DNA of 53,818 nt from an uncultured Anaerolineales bacterium. GTDB taxonomy: Bacteria; Chloroflexota; Anaerolineae; UBA4142. The stretch lies in NCBI GenBank assembly GCA_903825565.1, contig CAIKBD010000488.1:1-53818 (forward strand), written 5' to 3'. Made by a program: the position numbers and the translations under genes. Shown here in pieces: positions 30,451-39,937 of the stretch; the stretch's first letter is position 1; each line of letters starts with the position of its first letter. A model generated the notes under the pieces. The model ran no database searches and was not told the origin of the DNA. It saw nothing but the letters and a program-made list of their open reading frames with translations.

Positions 30451-32182
30451 ACCAACCTATCAAGTCGTTTGGCCCCTGGGCAAATCCACCTATCAAATTG
30501 TGGCGATGCAATCGCGGATCAAGGATTTGGCGAGCATCACGGTTGGCGAATTATCGCACGGCGGTTTTCGCGATCAAGAGATTCGCCCCCTCGTCGAAGA
30601 AACATTGGCGAAACAATTTCCGGGGATTAAATTTATTGATCACACCGTTTTCGGCAACATTCACGGTCGCAACGAAGCCGAGGTGGTTGCCGCGTTGCCG
30701 GAAAATTTGCGTCAACACAAAGTGGATGCGGTCATCACCGGCATCGGTTCCTGAGGAAGTTGCACACCCGCCGTGGTGCGGGCAAGCGTGGTCGTCGAGA
30801 AAGCCGGCATTCCTACGGCATCTATTGTGGCGACTGGGTTTCTCGGTCAAGCCAAGGCGACCGCCAAATCACTCGGCATGGCGAACCTGGGATTGGCGGA
30901 ATATCCCGGCATCATCATGAATCACAGCCAAGAAGAGCTTCGCAAGAATGTCGAGACGGTGCTCGTGCCGAATATCATCAAGGTGCTCACAAAACCGACG
31001 GAGAACGCGGTCAAGGTCAACGAGCTAAGAGCGACCGACGTTATTTTCGAGGGGACGCTCGATGAGGTCAACGAATTCTTTTTGCAAAAACAATGGTCGG
31101 ATGGTTTGCCGATCATTCCGCCGACCGTCGAGCGTGTGCAAGCGTTCCTTAAATTTACGGATCATCAACCGGACGAGGTGCTGGGCGTCCTCGCGCCGGA
31201 AAATCGCCAAGCCACCATTTGGAACGTGGCGGTGAACGGCGTGATGGCGGGCTGTCGCCCCGAGTACATGCCGGTGCTCATCGCCGTTGTCGAGGCGATT
31301 GCCGAACCGGATTTTCATCTGCGCGATGCCGGCGCAACGCCGGGCTGGGAGCCGCTCATCATTCTCAACGGACCCATCGCCAAGGAATTGGATTTCAACT
31401 ACGAGTCGGGAATTTTGCGCGCGGGACGCCAGGCGAACACGAGCATTGGGCGATTCATTCGCTTGTACATGCGAAACGTCGCCGGCTTGCGCATCGCGCC
31501 CGGTAGCATGGACAAGGGGAGTATCGGTCTCGGCTTGAATGTGGTCGTGGCAGAGAATGAAGATGCGGTGAGCGAACTGGGTTGGGAATCGTTCAGTAGC
31601 CAACGCGGATTTGATCGCAGTGATAATGTCGTGACGGTGCAAAGCGCACTCAGCACGACGATCCCGATTTACAGCGCCGGCGATACCGCGCTCGATCACA
31701 TGGATACGCTCGTCGAAGTGTTTGGCGGCACGTGCGCGTTCTGGTCGCATACGGCAGTTCGCAAGGGCAAATATTTTCCCCTGCTCATCATCAGCCCGGG
31801 TGTCGCCAAAGTCATCGCGCGTGATGGGTGGACGAAAAGAGAGATTCAGCAACATCTGTTTGAGCACACCAAGGTTTCGGTGCGCGCGTTGCAAAAACAC
31901 GCCTGGCAAATCGGTTTTTCGGAATACGATCTTTACGCGCTCGTCGCCAAAGGTGTGGTGTCGCCCGCGTACGCCGAATCGGATGATCCGGATCGCTTGG
32001 TGCCGGCGTTCATCAAATCGGAATGGATCGGCATCGTTATCGGCGGCGACCCCGGTCGCAATCAGAGCAAGGGCTTTGTGCAGAATCACGATCAAGCGCC
32101 GCCCATCAGCAAAAAAATTATTTTGCCGGCGAATTGGCAGAACCTGGTTGGCAAAGTGAAAAAATCGCATGAAGCCCATTGA
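30443..32182 (+). CDS. UGSC-family selenoprotein (579 aa; Sec104 encoded by in-frame TGA 30752-30754)
   Basis: ORFs 30443-30754 and 30773-32182 are the same frame, separated only by TGA. Readthrough gives DAVITGIGS-U-GSCTPAVVRASVVVEKAGIP, collinear with the Cys paralog. Confidence 0.88.
30755..30785 (+). promoter_or_regulatory. Candidate bacterial SECIS hairpin
   Basis: CCCGC(CGTGGT)GCGGG stem-loop; the loop starts 18 nt after UGA; possible lower pairing TTG/CAA. Folded by eye only. Confidence 0.6.
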
Positions 32183-33386
32183 GGTCGCGCCGTCCGCGAA
32201 CGTAAACGCGGACGCGGTTGACGAGCGATTGCTGTCGGCGAATTTCGTCTTTACCGTCCTGACTAATTTTTTCTATGCGCTCGGTGGGCAAATGACGAAT
32301 GCTATCGTGCCAATGTACGTGTTGAGCATTGGCGGCACGAATGCCGAAGCCGGCTTGATCGGCGGCATCGCTTCGATCACGGCGCTGGTTGTGCGCTCGC
32401 TGATCGGCTGGGTGACCGATGTGTGGCGGCGACGCCCGGTGATCTTGTTGGGCACGATGCTCTATGCGGTCGCCAATTTTATTTATTCCATCAGCGGCGC
32501 AATCGGGATGATCATTTTTGGGCGCGTCATCCAAGGATTGGGCATCAGTTGTTATAGCACGGCGTCCACGTCGTACGTCGCCGACATCGCGCCACCCAAA
32601 CGCCGCGCCGAAGCCATCGGTCTCTTTGCCGCCGCCAATAGTCTGGGGCTCATCCTGGGTCCCGCGATTGGTTTTTATTTGATCGCACTCCTGGGTTATC
32701 ATGGACTGTTTTACATTGTGACGGGAATTTCGGCTGTCGCCGGCATCGTCTCGCTGTTTGCGAAAGAAAAAATAAAGCCGCGCGAGACCAAACGTCCGGC
32801 TTGGTCTTGGCGTTCGGGCATCGTGGCGGTGGACGCGCTACCGATTGCTTGGACAGCGCTGTGTCTGGGCATGGCGTACGGCTCGTTGACCACGTTTATC
32901 GCGATTTTTGCGACCGCGCGCGGCATCGCGAACCCCGGTTTTTATTTCACGGTTCAAGCGATCATGCTTTTGTTGTCCCGCACTTTTTCGGGTCGCTTTG
33001 CGGATAAATATGGTCGCGCGTTCGTGATTGCGCCCGGCTTGATGGCGATGGCATTGGCGTTGGGTATGTTGCCGCTGATGTATGACTTGAGCGGTTTCAT
33101 GATTTCTGCCGCGCTCATGGGCTTGGGCTTTGGCACTGCGCAACCGGCAACGATGGCGCTGTTGGTGGACCAGGTGCGTGCGGATCAGCGCGGACTCGCG
33201 GTTGCCACGTACTCGATGGGGTACGACGGCGGTATGTTCCTGGGCGCGTCCTTGTTCGGCGTGGTCACCCAGGTCTGGGGCTTTAATGTCATGTGGACAG
33301 CGGTAGCGGTTTGCGTATTGCTGGGTCTGTTGGGCATTTTGAGAACCTTGCGCATGAATGTTTCGATTTCAAGTGAACAAAAATAA
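32169..33386 (+). CDS. MFS transporter
   Basis: About 12 hydrophobic segments, G..TDVWRRR and GRFADKYGR motif A, ILGPAIG. Confidence 0.92.
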   Translation: MKPIEVAPSANVNADAVDERLLSANFVFTVLTNFFYALGGQMTNAIVPMYVLSIGGTNAEAGLIGGIASITALVVRSLIGWVTDVWRRRPVILLGTMLYAVANFIYSISGAIGMIIFGRVIQGLGISCYSTASTSYVADIAPPKRRAEAIGLFAAANSLGLILGPAIGFYLIALLGYHGLFYIVTGISAVAGIVSLFAKEKIKPRETKRPAWSWRSGIVAVDALPIAWTALCLGMAYGSLTTFIAIFATARGIANPGFYFTVQAIMLLLSRTFSGRFADKYGRAFVIAPGLMAMALALGMLPLMYDLSGFMISAALMGLGFGTAQPATMALLVDQVRADQRGLAVATYSMGYDGGMFLGASLFGVVTQVWGFNVMWTAVAVCVLLGLLGILRTLRMNVSISSEQK

Positions 33387-33586
33387 ATTGACCCGGATTG
33401 TGTTGAATTCAATCCGTGAACACGATTGAAGCGACAAATTGCACGCGCAACATAGCGTAACGTGTAGCAACGCGAAGCAAATTTTGTGCGGCATTCGGCA
33501 TCCAGCGTCCGTTATCGCAAGTGGCAAAATAATTCTGCTCACCTACTTGGTGATTGGAGATACAAGTCAGGAGCTGTGAACATATC

Positions 33587-35299
33587 ATGATCTCATTCCA
33601 AGTGCTCAATCCCTGCGGCGCGGTTGGCTCGACCAAAGGGGCTTATGCGCCGCGTCTGCCCGATCTCGCCGGCAAAACGATTGGGATGCTGTCCAATCAA
33701 TTGGGCGAAGCCGACCGAATTTTTCCGGCGATGCGCGAGTTATTGCGAAAACGATTTCCAACTGCCAACATTATTCCGCACACCGAATTTCCACAGGGCG
33801 GCGACCGGATTGATTCGGCAGAGATTGTGCAAATCGTCCAAAGCAAAAAATGTGATGCGGTCATCGTCGGCAACGCGCAGTGAGGGTCGTGCACCACCAA
33901 AGCCGGTCGGGCTGCGGCAAGACTAGAAAAAGTCGGTATCCCTTCGTTCATCATCACGCGCAAGGGTTTTGCTAAAATCGTGGACAGTGCATTTGCCGGC
34001 ATGGGTTTCCCTGCCGATGCGCCGTCCGTCTTGGAATTCCCGCTCGAAATGTTTGTGCCGGGGAGCGATTTGTCGCCGCTCGAAAAAAACCTGGATCAGA
34101 TTATTTTTGGACTGACGCAATGGAAATCCAAAATCGCCGAACGTACAAGTTACGCGCCGCCGCCCATCACGATTGAGGGCAAGGATTATCCCGCTGCGCT
34201 CGACAACCTGAATTTATTTTTCTTGCGTAACTTGTGGAGCGATGGACTGCCCATTGTGCCGGCGACGCGTGAGCGGGTGGATTGGCTTTTGACCGGCGCT
34301 AATTTGCCGCGCGAAAAAATTCTCGGCACGATGCTTCCGCGCGGCGGCATCGTCACGCTTGAACAGATCGCGGTGGCGCTGGCGATGGCAGGCGGGCGTC
34401 CCGAATATATGCCGGTGCTCATCGCTACCGTCGCGGCATTCCTCGACCCCGCCATCAAACACGAACATTTGCAAACCACGACCGGCAATAATTTTCCGGT
34501 CGTCATCGTCAACGGCGCGATTGCCAAACAAATTCGGCTCAATGCCGGCACAGGGTGTTGCGGACCCGACCCGAATCATCCGGCGGGCGCGAGCATCGGA
34601 CGTGCGTTGCGCTTTTTGCAAATGAACGTTGGCGGCGCAATCCCAGGTCAGGGGACGATGGCAGAGTATGGCGCGAACCGGTTTACGAACATGGTCATCG
34701 CCGAAAATGAAGACGCGCTACCGGCAGGGTGGCAATCGCTCAGCGAGGAGCGCGGCTTTAGCCGAGCAAGTAACACGGTCACGCTGCATTTCGTTGCGTC
34801 CATCATTGACATGATTCCGTCCACGACGACGACGGAGCAGGCGGCGATCTATACCTTGAATCGGTGGGCGGCGTACATCGGTGGTCCGTTCAACATGTAT
34901 TTCGGTTTCGAGTCGCGCTGGGAGCATGGCTCGCCGGGCGTGTTGTTGATGGGTGCGTTGACCGCGCAAGGATTTGCCAACACCGGTTTTTCCAAAGACC
35001 AGATTCGAGAATGCTTGTGGGAAAAATCGAAACTAGCGCCGGAGAAAGTCAAAGAGTACGGCTACGAAAAACATGTGGCGGAGTTGCGCCTCGATCCCAC
35101 CATGCCCTTGCCGGTATCCAAGTCGCCCAAGTCGTTGCTCATTGCGATTGCCGGCGGCGCGCCATCGGGTCATGCGTACTTTATGCCGAACCAGGGCTAC
35201 ACATCGGTTACCCAAGAAATAAAATTGCCGTCCAGTGCGACCTGGGACGATCTTTTGAAACAAGCCGCGCAAGACCTGGGTCCGTTGCCGGCGAGTTAA
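33587..35299 (+). CDS. UGSC-family selenoprotein (570 aa; Sec99 encoded by in-frame TGA 33881-33883)
   Basis: Same frame across the TGA: DAVIVGNAQ-U-GSCTTKAGRAAARLEKVGIP continues without a stop into ORF 33980-35299. ATG 33587 follows AGGAG. Confidence 0.87.
33884..33923 (+). promoter_or_regulatory. Candidate bacterial SECIS hairpin
   Basis: AGCC(GGTCG)GGCT apical stem-loop, loop starting 22 nt after UGA; lower stem GTC.TGC/GCA.GAC. Folded by eye only. Confidence 0.55.
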
Positions 35300-35316
35300 A
35301 ATCGGAGGTTTGAAGA

Positions 35317-36999
35317 ATGCCAGCACATAGTTCCTATCAAGTTCTGTCGCCGATCACCGAATCGCATACGCAAAAAACACGCTTGGCTCCGTCCATCCCC
35401 GACCTCGCCGGGAAAACCATCGGCGCGATGCGCCACACCTTTCGCGCCGACGAAACATTTCCGATGATCGAGCAGTTGTTGCGCGAAAAATATTCCAACC
35501 TCAAGTTCATCTCGAATACGGACATGCCGGACATGCGCCCGACGAACGCGGCGGAAGAAGCCGAGCTAACGCGCGTGCTCAAGGATAAAGGATGCGACGT
35601 GCTCCTTGCCGGCAACGGCGCTTGAGGAACGTGCGCGCCCGCGGCTTCACGGGCAGTCATCACAGCGGAGAAAGCCGGCATTCCTGGCGTGGTCATCGCC
35701 GTCTCCGATTTTCTCACGAGTTGCCGGGCAACCGGCAAAGCGGCGGGCTTGCCCAACCTTCGCGTGGCGGTTTATCCCGGCGCGATTGCTGTGCATCCAC
35801 TTGAGGATGTGCAAAAAAATATCCAGGAAATTGTCTTTCCGCAAATCATCAAATTGTTGACCGAACCAGTCGCGCAAGGCGCGGTGTCAAGCAAGGTTGC
35901 CGCGCAAGAACCGGCGATTGTTTTTCAAGGTAGCTTTGAGCAAGTGAACGAGTACTATACTCAAAAGCAATGGTCGGACGGTTTGCCCATCGTTCCGCCC
36001 ACCGCCGACAAGGTGCAAACGTTCCTTAAATTTACAGAGCATTCGCCCAACGCGGTGTTGGGTGTTTTGCATCCGGCGTTGCGCCCAGCGACCGTTCACT
36101 CGATTGCGGTCAATGGCGTGATGGCGGGCTGTCGTCCCGAGTACATGCCGATCTTGGTGGCGATTGTGCAAGCGATTGCCGACCCGCGTTTTCATCTCGA
36201 AGATGCGGGCAGTTCGGCGGGCTGGGCGCCGCTAATTATTCTCAACGGTCCGGTCATCGCGCGACTGGGTTTCAATGCCGGCACCGGCGTGATGCGCGCG
36301 GGCAATCAGGCGAACACGAGCGTCGGTCGTTTCCTGCGCTTGTATCTACGCAACGTCGCCGGGTTTATTCCCGGCGTGAGCGACATGGCAACGTTCGGGC
36401 GTCCCAATTTTCCGGTGCTCGCCGAGAATGAATCCGCGAGTCCCTGGGAGCCGTTGAGTGTGACGCGCGGATTCGCGCCCGGCGATAGTGTGGTCACGGT
36501 CACTTCGGTGGGGTGCATGAGTTATCAGTTGACGGTGGTCGCGCAAACGGGACACGATATTCTCTACAATCTCACCGCCAAAGTGAAACAGACTTTGCTC
36601 GCGGGCGATGGCTCGGTGATTACCAAAGGTCCCGAACAAGCGCCGCAGTTGGTGTTGAGTCCGGTGGTGGCGCGCTCGTTGGCAGAGGCGGGGTACAGCA
36701 AGCGCGATATTCAACAGCACATCTTTGAGCACGCCAAAGTGCCCGCGTGCGAGTTCGATGCGTGGTTGGCGTTTCAAGGTGTGGTCAACGCGCGCGAGTG
36801 CGTGAAAAAAGGTTTGCTCCCGGCGCAGTTCGCCGAGTCGGATGATCCGCAAAGAATGTTGCCGCTGTATCACGCGCCACACGAATTGCAAATCATCGTC
36901 GCCGGGACGCCAGAGCGCAATCGGTTTTTCGTGACCCAGCAAGTTGGACGGCAAGGACTCGCCACTTCAAAAAAAATCAGCATGGGTTTGCTGGGGTGA
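35317..36999 (+). CDS. UGSC-family selenoprotein, UGTC variant (560 aa; Sec103 encoded by in-frame TGA 35623-35625)
   Basis: SD GGAGG. Readthrough gives DVLLAGNGA-U-GTCAPAASRAVITAEKAGIP, in frame with ORF 35689-36999. Confidence 0.88.
35626..35655 (+). promoter_or_regulatory. Candidate bacterial SECIS hairpin
   Basis: GCCCG(CGGCTTCA)CGGGC stem-loop, loop starting 17 nt after UGA. Folded by eye only. Confidence 0.55.
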
Positions 37000-37108
37000 G
37001 CCATGCACTCGTGTTGGAAAACAAGTTAGACGCGGACAAGCGCGGATGAACGCGGATAAAAACTAGTGGGTGCTCGGGCGTGTGTTATTTCTAAGCAGCG
37101 AGACAATT

Positions 37109-37130
37109 CGTGAGACAAATTTGTCTCACG
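37109..37130. repeat. Perfect 22-bp palindrome upstream of the dehydrogenase
   Basis: CGTGAGACAAATTTGTCTCACG. Confidence 0.6.
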
Positions 37131-37151
37131 TCTTCAAAAGAGGTAAGCATA

Positions 37152-38174
37152 ATGAAACAAGCAGTGATGCCTGCTCCAGGCAAAATCGAATTTAGAAATG
37201 TAGGACAGCCAACCTGCCAGGATGACGAGGTGCTCGTTCAAATCAAACGCATCGGCGTATGTGGTTCGGATATTCACGTCTATCACGGACAGCATCCGTA
37301 CACAACGTATCCGGTGGTGCAAGGGCACGAAGTGTCCGGCACGCTTGCTCAGATCGGGAACGCGGTCAAGAGCTTTACACTGGGCGAGCAAGTTGTGTTC
37401 ATGCCCCAGATCACCTGCGGCGAATGTTATCCGTGTCGCCAAGGCATGTATCACATCTGCGACAACCTCAAGGTCATGGGCTTTCAAACTGGCGGAGCGG
37501 CGCAAGATTATTTTCCGGTCAAGGCGAACATGGTTCTAAAAATGCCGGACGCGATCTCGCTCGATCATGCCGCGATGATCGAACCGATCTCGGTCGCCGT
37601 TCACGCCTTGTCGCGTGTGGGCAGTGTGCAGGGGCGCAAGGTGTTGGTGTTGGGCGCGGGAACGATTGGCAACCTGGTCGCGCAAACGGCGCGTGCGCTG
37701 GGCGCGGCGCGCGTGATGATTACCGATGTGAGCGAATACAAGTTGGACAAGGCGCGTCGTTGTGGACTCGACTGCGCGATCAATTCGCAACAAGAAAATC
37801 TCACGGACGCCATCATCCAACACTTGGGTCCCGACAAAGCCGATGTGATCCTGGAATGTGTCGGCGTCGAGGAGACGATTACGCAAGCGATTGCGAACGC
37901 GCGCAAGGGCACGCCGATTGTCGTCGTGGGAGTGTTTGGCAAAAAGCCGCCGGTGGATTTGGCGATGGTGCAAAATAATGAATTGAGTTTGATTGGCACG
38001 CTCATGTATCAACGCGCCGATTATGAATGTGCGATCGACCTGGTTGCCCGGCACGCGATTCAACTCGACGAATTAATCACGCATCGCTTTCCATTCGAGG
38101 CATACCTGGAGGCGTATCAGGTGATTGAAGCATCGCAAGGCAAATACCTCAAGGTCATGATCGAACTGGACTGA
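37152..38174 (+). CDS. Zinc-dependent (MDR) alcohol/polyol dehydrogenase
   Basis: GVCGSD, GHE, CGECYPC..C structural Zn site, GAGTIG; SD GAGG before ATG 37152. Confidence 0.93.
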   Translation: MKQAVMPAPGKIEFRNVGQPTCQDDEVLVQIKRIGVCGSDIHVYHGQHPYTTYPVVQGHEVSGTLAQIGNAVKSFTLGEQVVFMPQITCGECYPCRQGMYHICDNLKVMGFQTGGAAQDYFPVKANMVLKMPDAISLDHAAMIEPISVAVHALSRVGSVQGRKVLVLGAGTIGNLVAQTARALGAARVMITDVSEYKLDKARRCGLDCAINSQQENLTDAIIQHLGPDKADVILECVGVEETITQAIANARKGTPIVVVGVFGKKPPVDLAMVQNNELSLIGTLMYQRADYECAIDLVARHAIQLDELITHRFPFEAYLEAYQVIEASQGKYLKVMIELD

Positions 38175-38265
38175 GTGGATGCGTGGAACACGCTGGGAGA
38201 AAATCGGATTGAACCCGCGCAAATTATTTTCACCGATCACGGTTTTTGCGCGGGGGAGGCATGTC

Positions 38266-39474
38266 TCACATTTTGCGAACGCTAGGCGTGCCGGTATCCC
38301 ACCCAGCGCGTGCCATGCCACAGCCGAATGCGCCAACGGCACAGAGTAGCGCCGTGACGGTCATCGTCGCGGCGAGTCCCCCAACCCCGGCGACCACACC
38401 CAGCACCAAAGGGCACAAGGTGCTTCCAAAGCGAAGCGCGGTGAAACGCAAGCCCAAGGCGAAGCCGCGTTGCTCTGCTGGAACCGCGCTGGCAGTCATC
38501 GCCATGGTCAGCGGATACAAGACGCCGACTGAAATCCCGATCACGCCCGCCGAAAATCCCCACGCCATCATGCCTTGTGTCCAGGGAATTAGCGCAAACG
38601 CCGGAAAACTGATCAGAAACGCGATGAGCATTAGAGTCCGACGTCCGAACCATTCGACCAGCGTTCCTATTCGACTACGGATCACAATACTCGCGGCGGC
38701 AAGCACCGAAACCAGAACGCCGATCTGTGTGGCAGAGTAGCCGGCATGAGAGAAATAAAGCGGGAGAAATGAGACCCGCGCACTGAGCGCGAGAGAACCG
38801 ATAAAGATTGTCCAGATTGCCACGCCCAGCGCCCGGTTGCTCCATAAGGATTTTTGCAATCCCTTTTCCAAGCGAGCCGTGTCCGGCGTTTTAAGCGTAC
38901 GCCGAAATCCTAGCAAGCCGATTACCGACATCCCCGCTACCCATGCGGCGAGACTAAAAACTAGGGGGAGACTGGACCAATCGGCAATCATCCCCGCGAT
39001 GGCGGGCCCCAGAGTTTGCCCGATGGCGGATGTTGTACTGAGCCAGCCGAATGCCTCCAATTGTTTTCTGCGCGACTCGATCCCGGCGAGAAGCGATTGA
39101 TAAGCGATTGAGGTGGAGGCGTACCCGAGACCGCTGAACATCAAAAAAACGACAAGTAGCCAGATGGTCGTTGATGTTCCAAACCCGAATAGCCCCAGCG
39201 CACACAGCGCTGTTCCGAGCATAGCCAAGCGCCGAGTTCCGATGCGATCCACAAGTTTGCCTAAAGGGAGCGCAAAGAACATGGGCACCATTCCCGTGAT
39301 CGCCAAGAGCACGCCAATGACGCTAGGCGATGCCCCTAAACTCGCAAGTTGGAGTACGCTTAGCGGCTGGGTTCCCTGAATGGCAAGCTCTACGCAAAAG
39401 CCGGAAACGTAAATACCAACCAGATCGCGAAAACCGACACCGCCCGACGCGGTCTGATCGGACTGAGTAGACAT
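38266..39474 (-). CDS. MFS transporter
   Basis: GKLVDRIGTRR and GTLVEWFGRR motifs, LGPAIAG; ATG 39474 follows GAGGGAG. Confidence 0.88.
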   Translation of the reverse strand: MSTQSDQTASGGVGFRDLVGIYVSGFCVELAIQGTQPLSVLQLASLGASPSVIGVLLAITGMVPMFFALPLGKLVDRIGTRRLAMLGTALCALGLFGFGTSTTIWLLVVFLMFSGLGYASTSIAYQSLLAGIESRRKQLEAFGWLSTTSAIGQTLGPAIAGMIADWSSLPLVFSLAAWVAGMSVIGLLGFRRTLKTPDTARLEKGLQKSLWSNRALGVAIWTIFIGSLALSARVSFLPLYFSHAGYSATQIGVLVSVLAAASIVIRSRIGTLVEWFGRRTLMLIAFLISFPAFALIPWTQGMMAWGFSAGVIGISVGVLYPLTMAMTASAVPAEQRGFALGLRFTALRFGSTLCPLVLGVVAGVGGLAATMTVTALLCAVGAFGCGMARAGWDTGTPSVRKM

Positions 39475-39855
39475 GATTCGTGGCTCCCTCAACCATTTGC
39501 CATTGCCTTTTGCTACGTTAGGGCGTGGCACAGTTCATTCCTTGATCAAATGTTGCAACAACGCTCGGCGAGACGCTCGAAAAACCAATGCGGTTCTACA
39601 GGCGCTTTGGAATTTGGCAAGATTTTCTTTTCGAGCAACTGTCGAGTCAGTATACCATGTCCGTTTCGCGCGACAAAATGCGGAAGGAACGACGGCAAAT
39701 GTTTCAATGCGCCCGGGGTGTTCGCCGCGCAAGATTCCTGTCGTGTGTCCGAAACGCTTCGGCATTGCGCCACACAACCGGCGGAGCTGGCGCGCCGCGT
39801 TCTTCACAACCCGCAAGTGACTAGGCACACGCCGTGCGATGCTCAATACTTGCTA

Positions 39856-39884
39856 TTGACAATTGTTTTTTCTTCGATTATACT
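39856..39884 (+). promoter_or_regulatory. sigma70 promoter of the ROK operon, overlapping a candidate operator (TACTTT...AAAGTA, 39881-39905)
   Basis: TTGACA-17 nt-TATACT. Confidence 0.75.
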
Positions 39885-39937
39885 TTCACCACGTAAGTAA
39901 AAGTAACTTGGTGTAACTAGACGCAAAGGCGCGGTGC

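Noticed and set aside
30443-36999. Six separate ORFs or three nonsense-mutated pseudogenes, as the ORF track implies
   Set aside because: The stop is always TGA at the same aligned codon, matches Cys in the intact paralog, is followed by conserved G-x-C and a hairpin, and there are no other lesions.
3700-39900. Prophage, ICE or IS as carrier of the accessory region
   Set aside because: No integrase, transposase, phage gene or att-like direct repeat was seen, and the only tRNA is 14 kb away among core genes.
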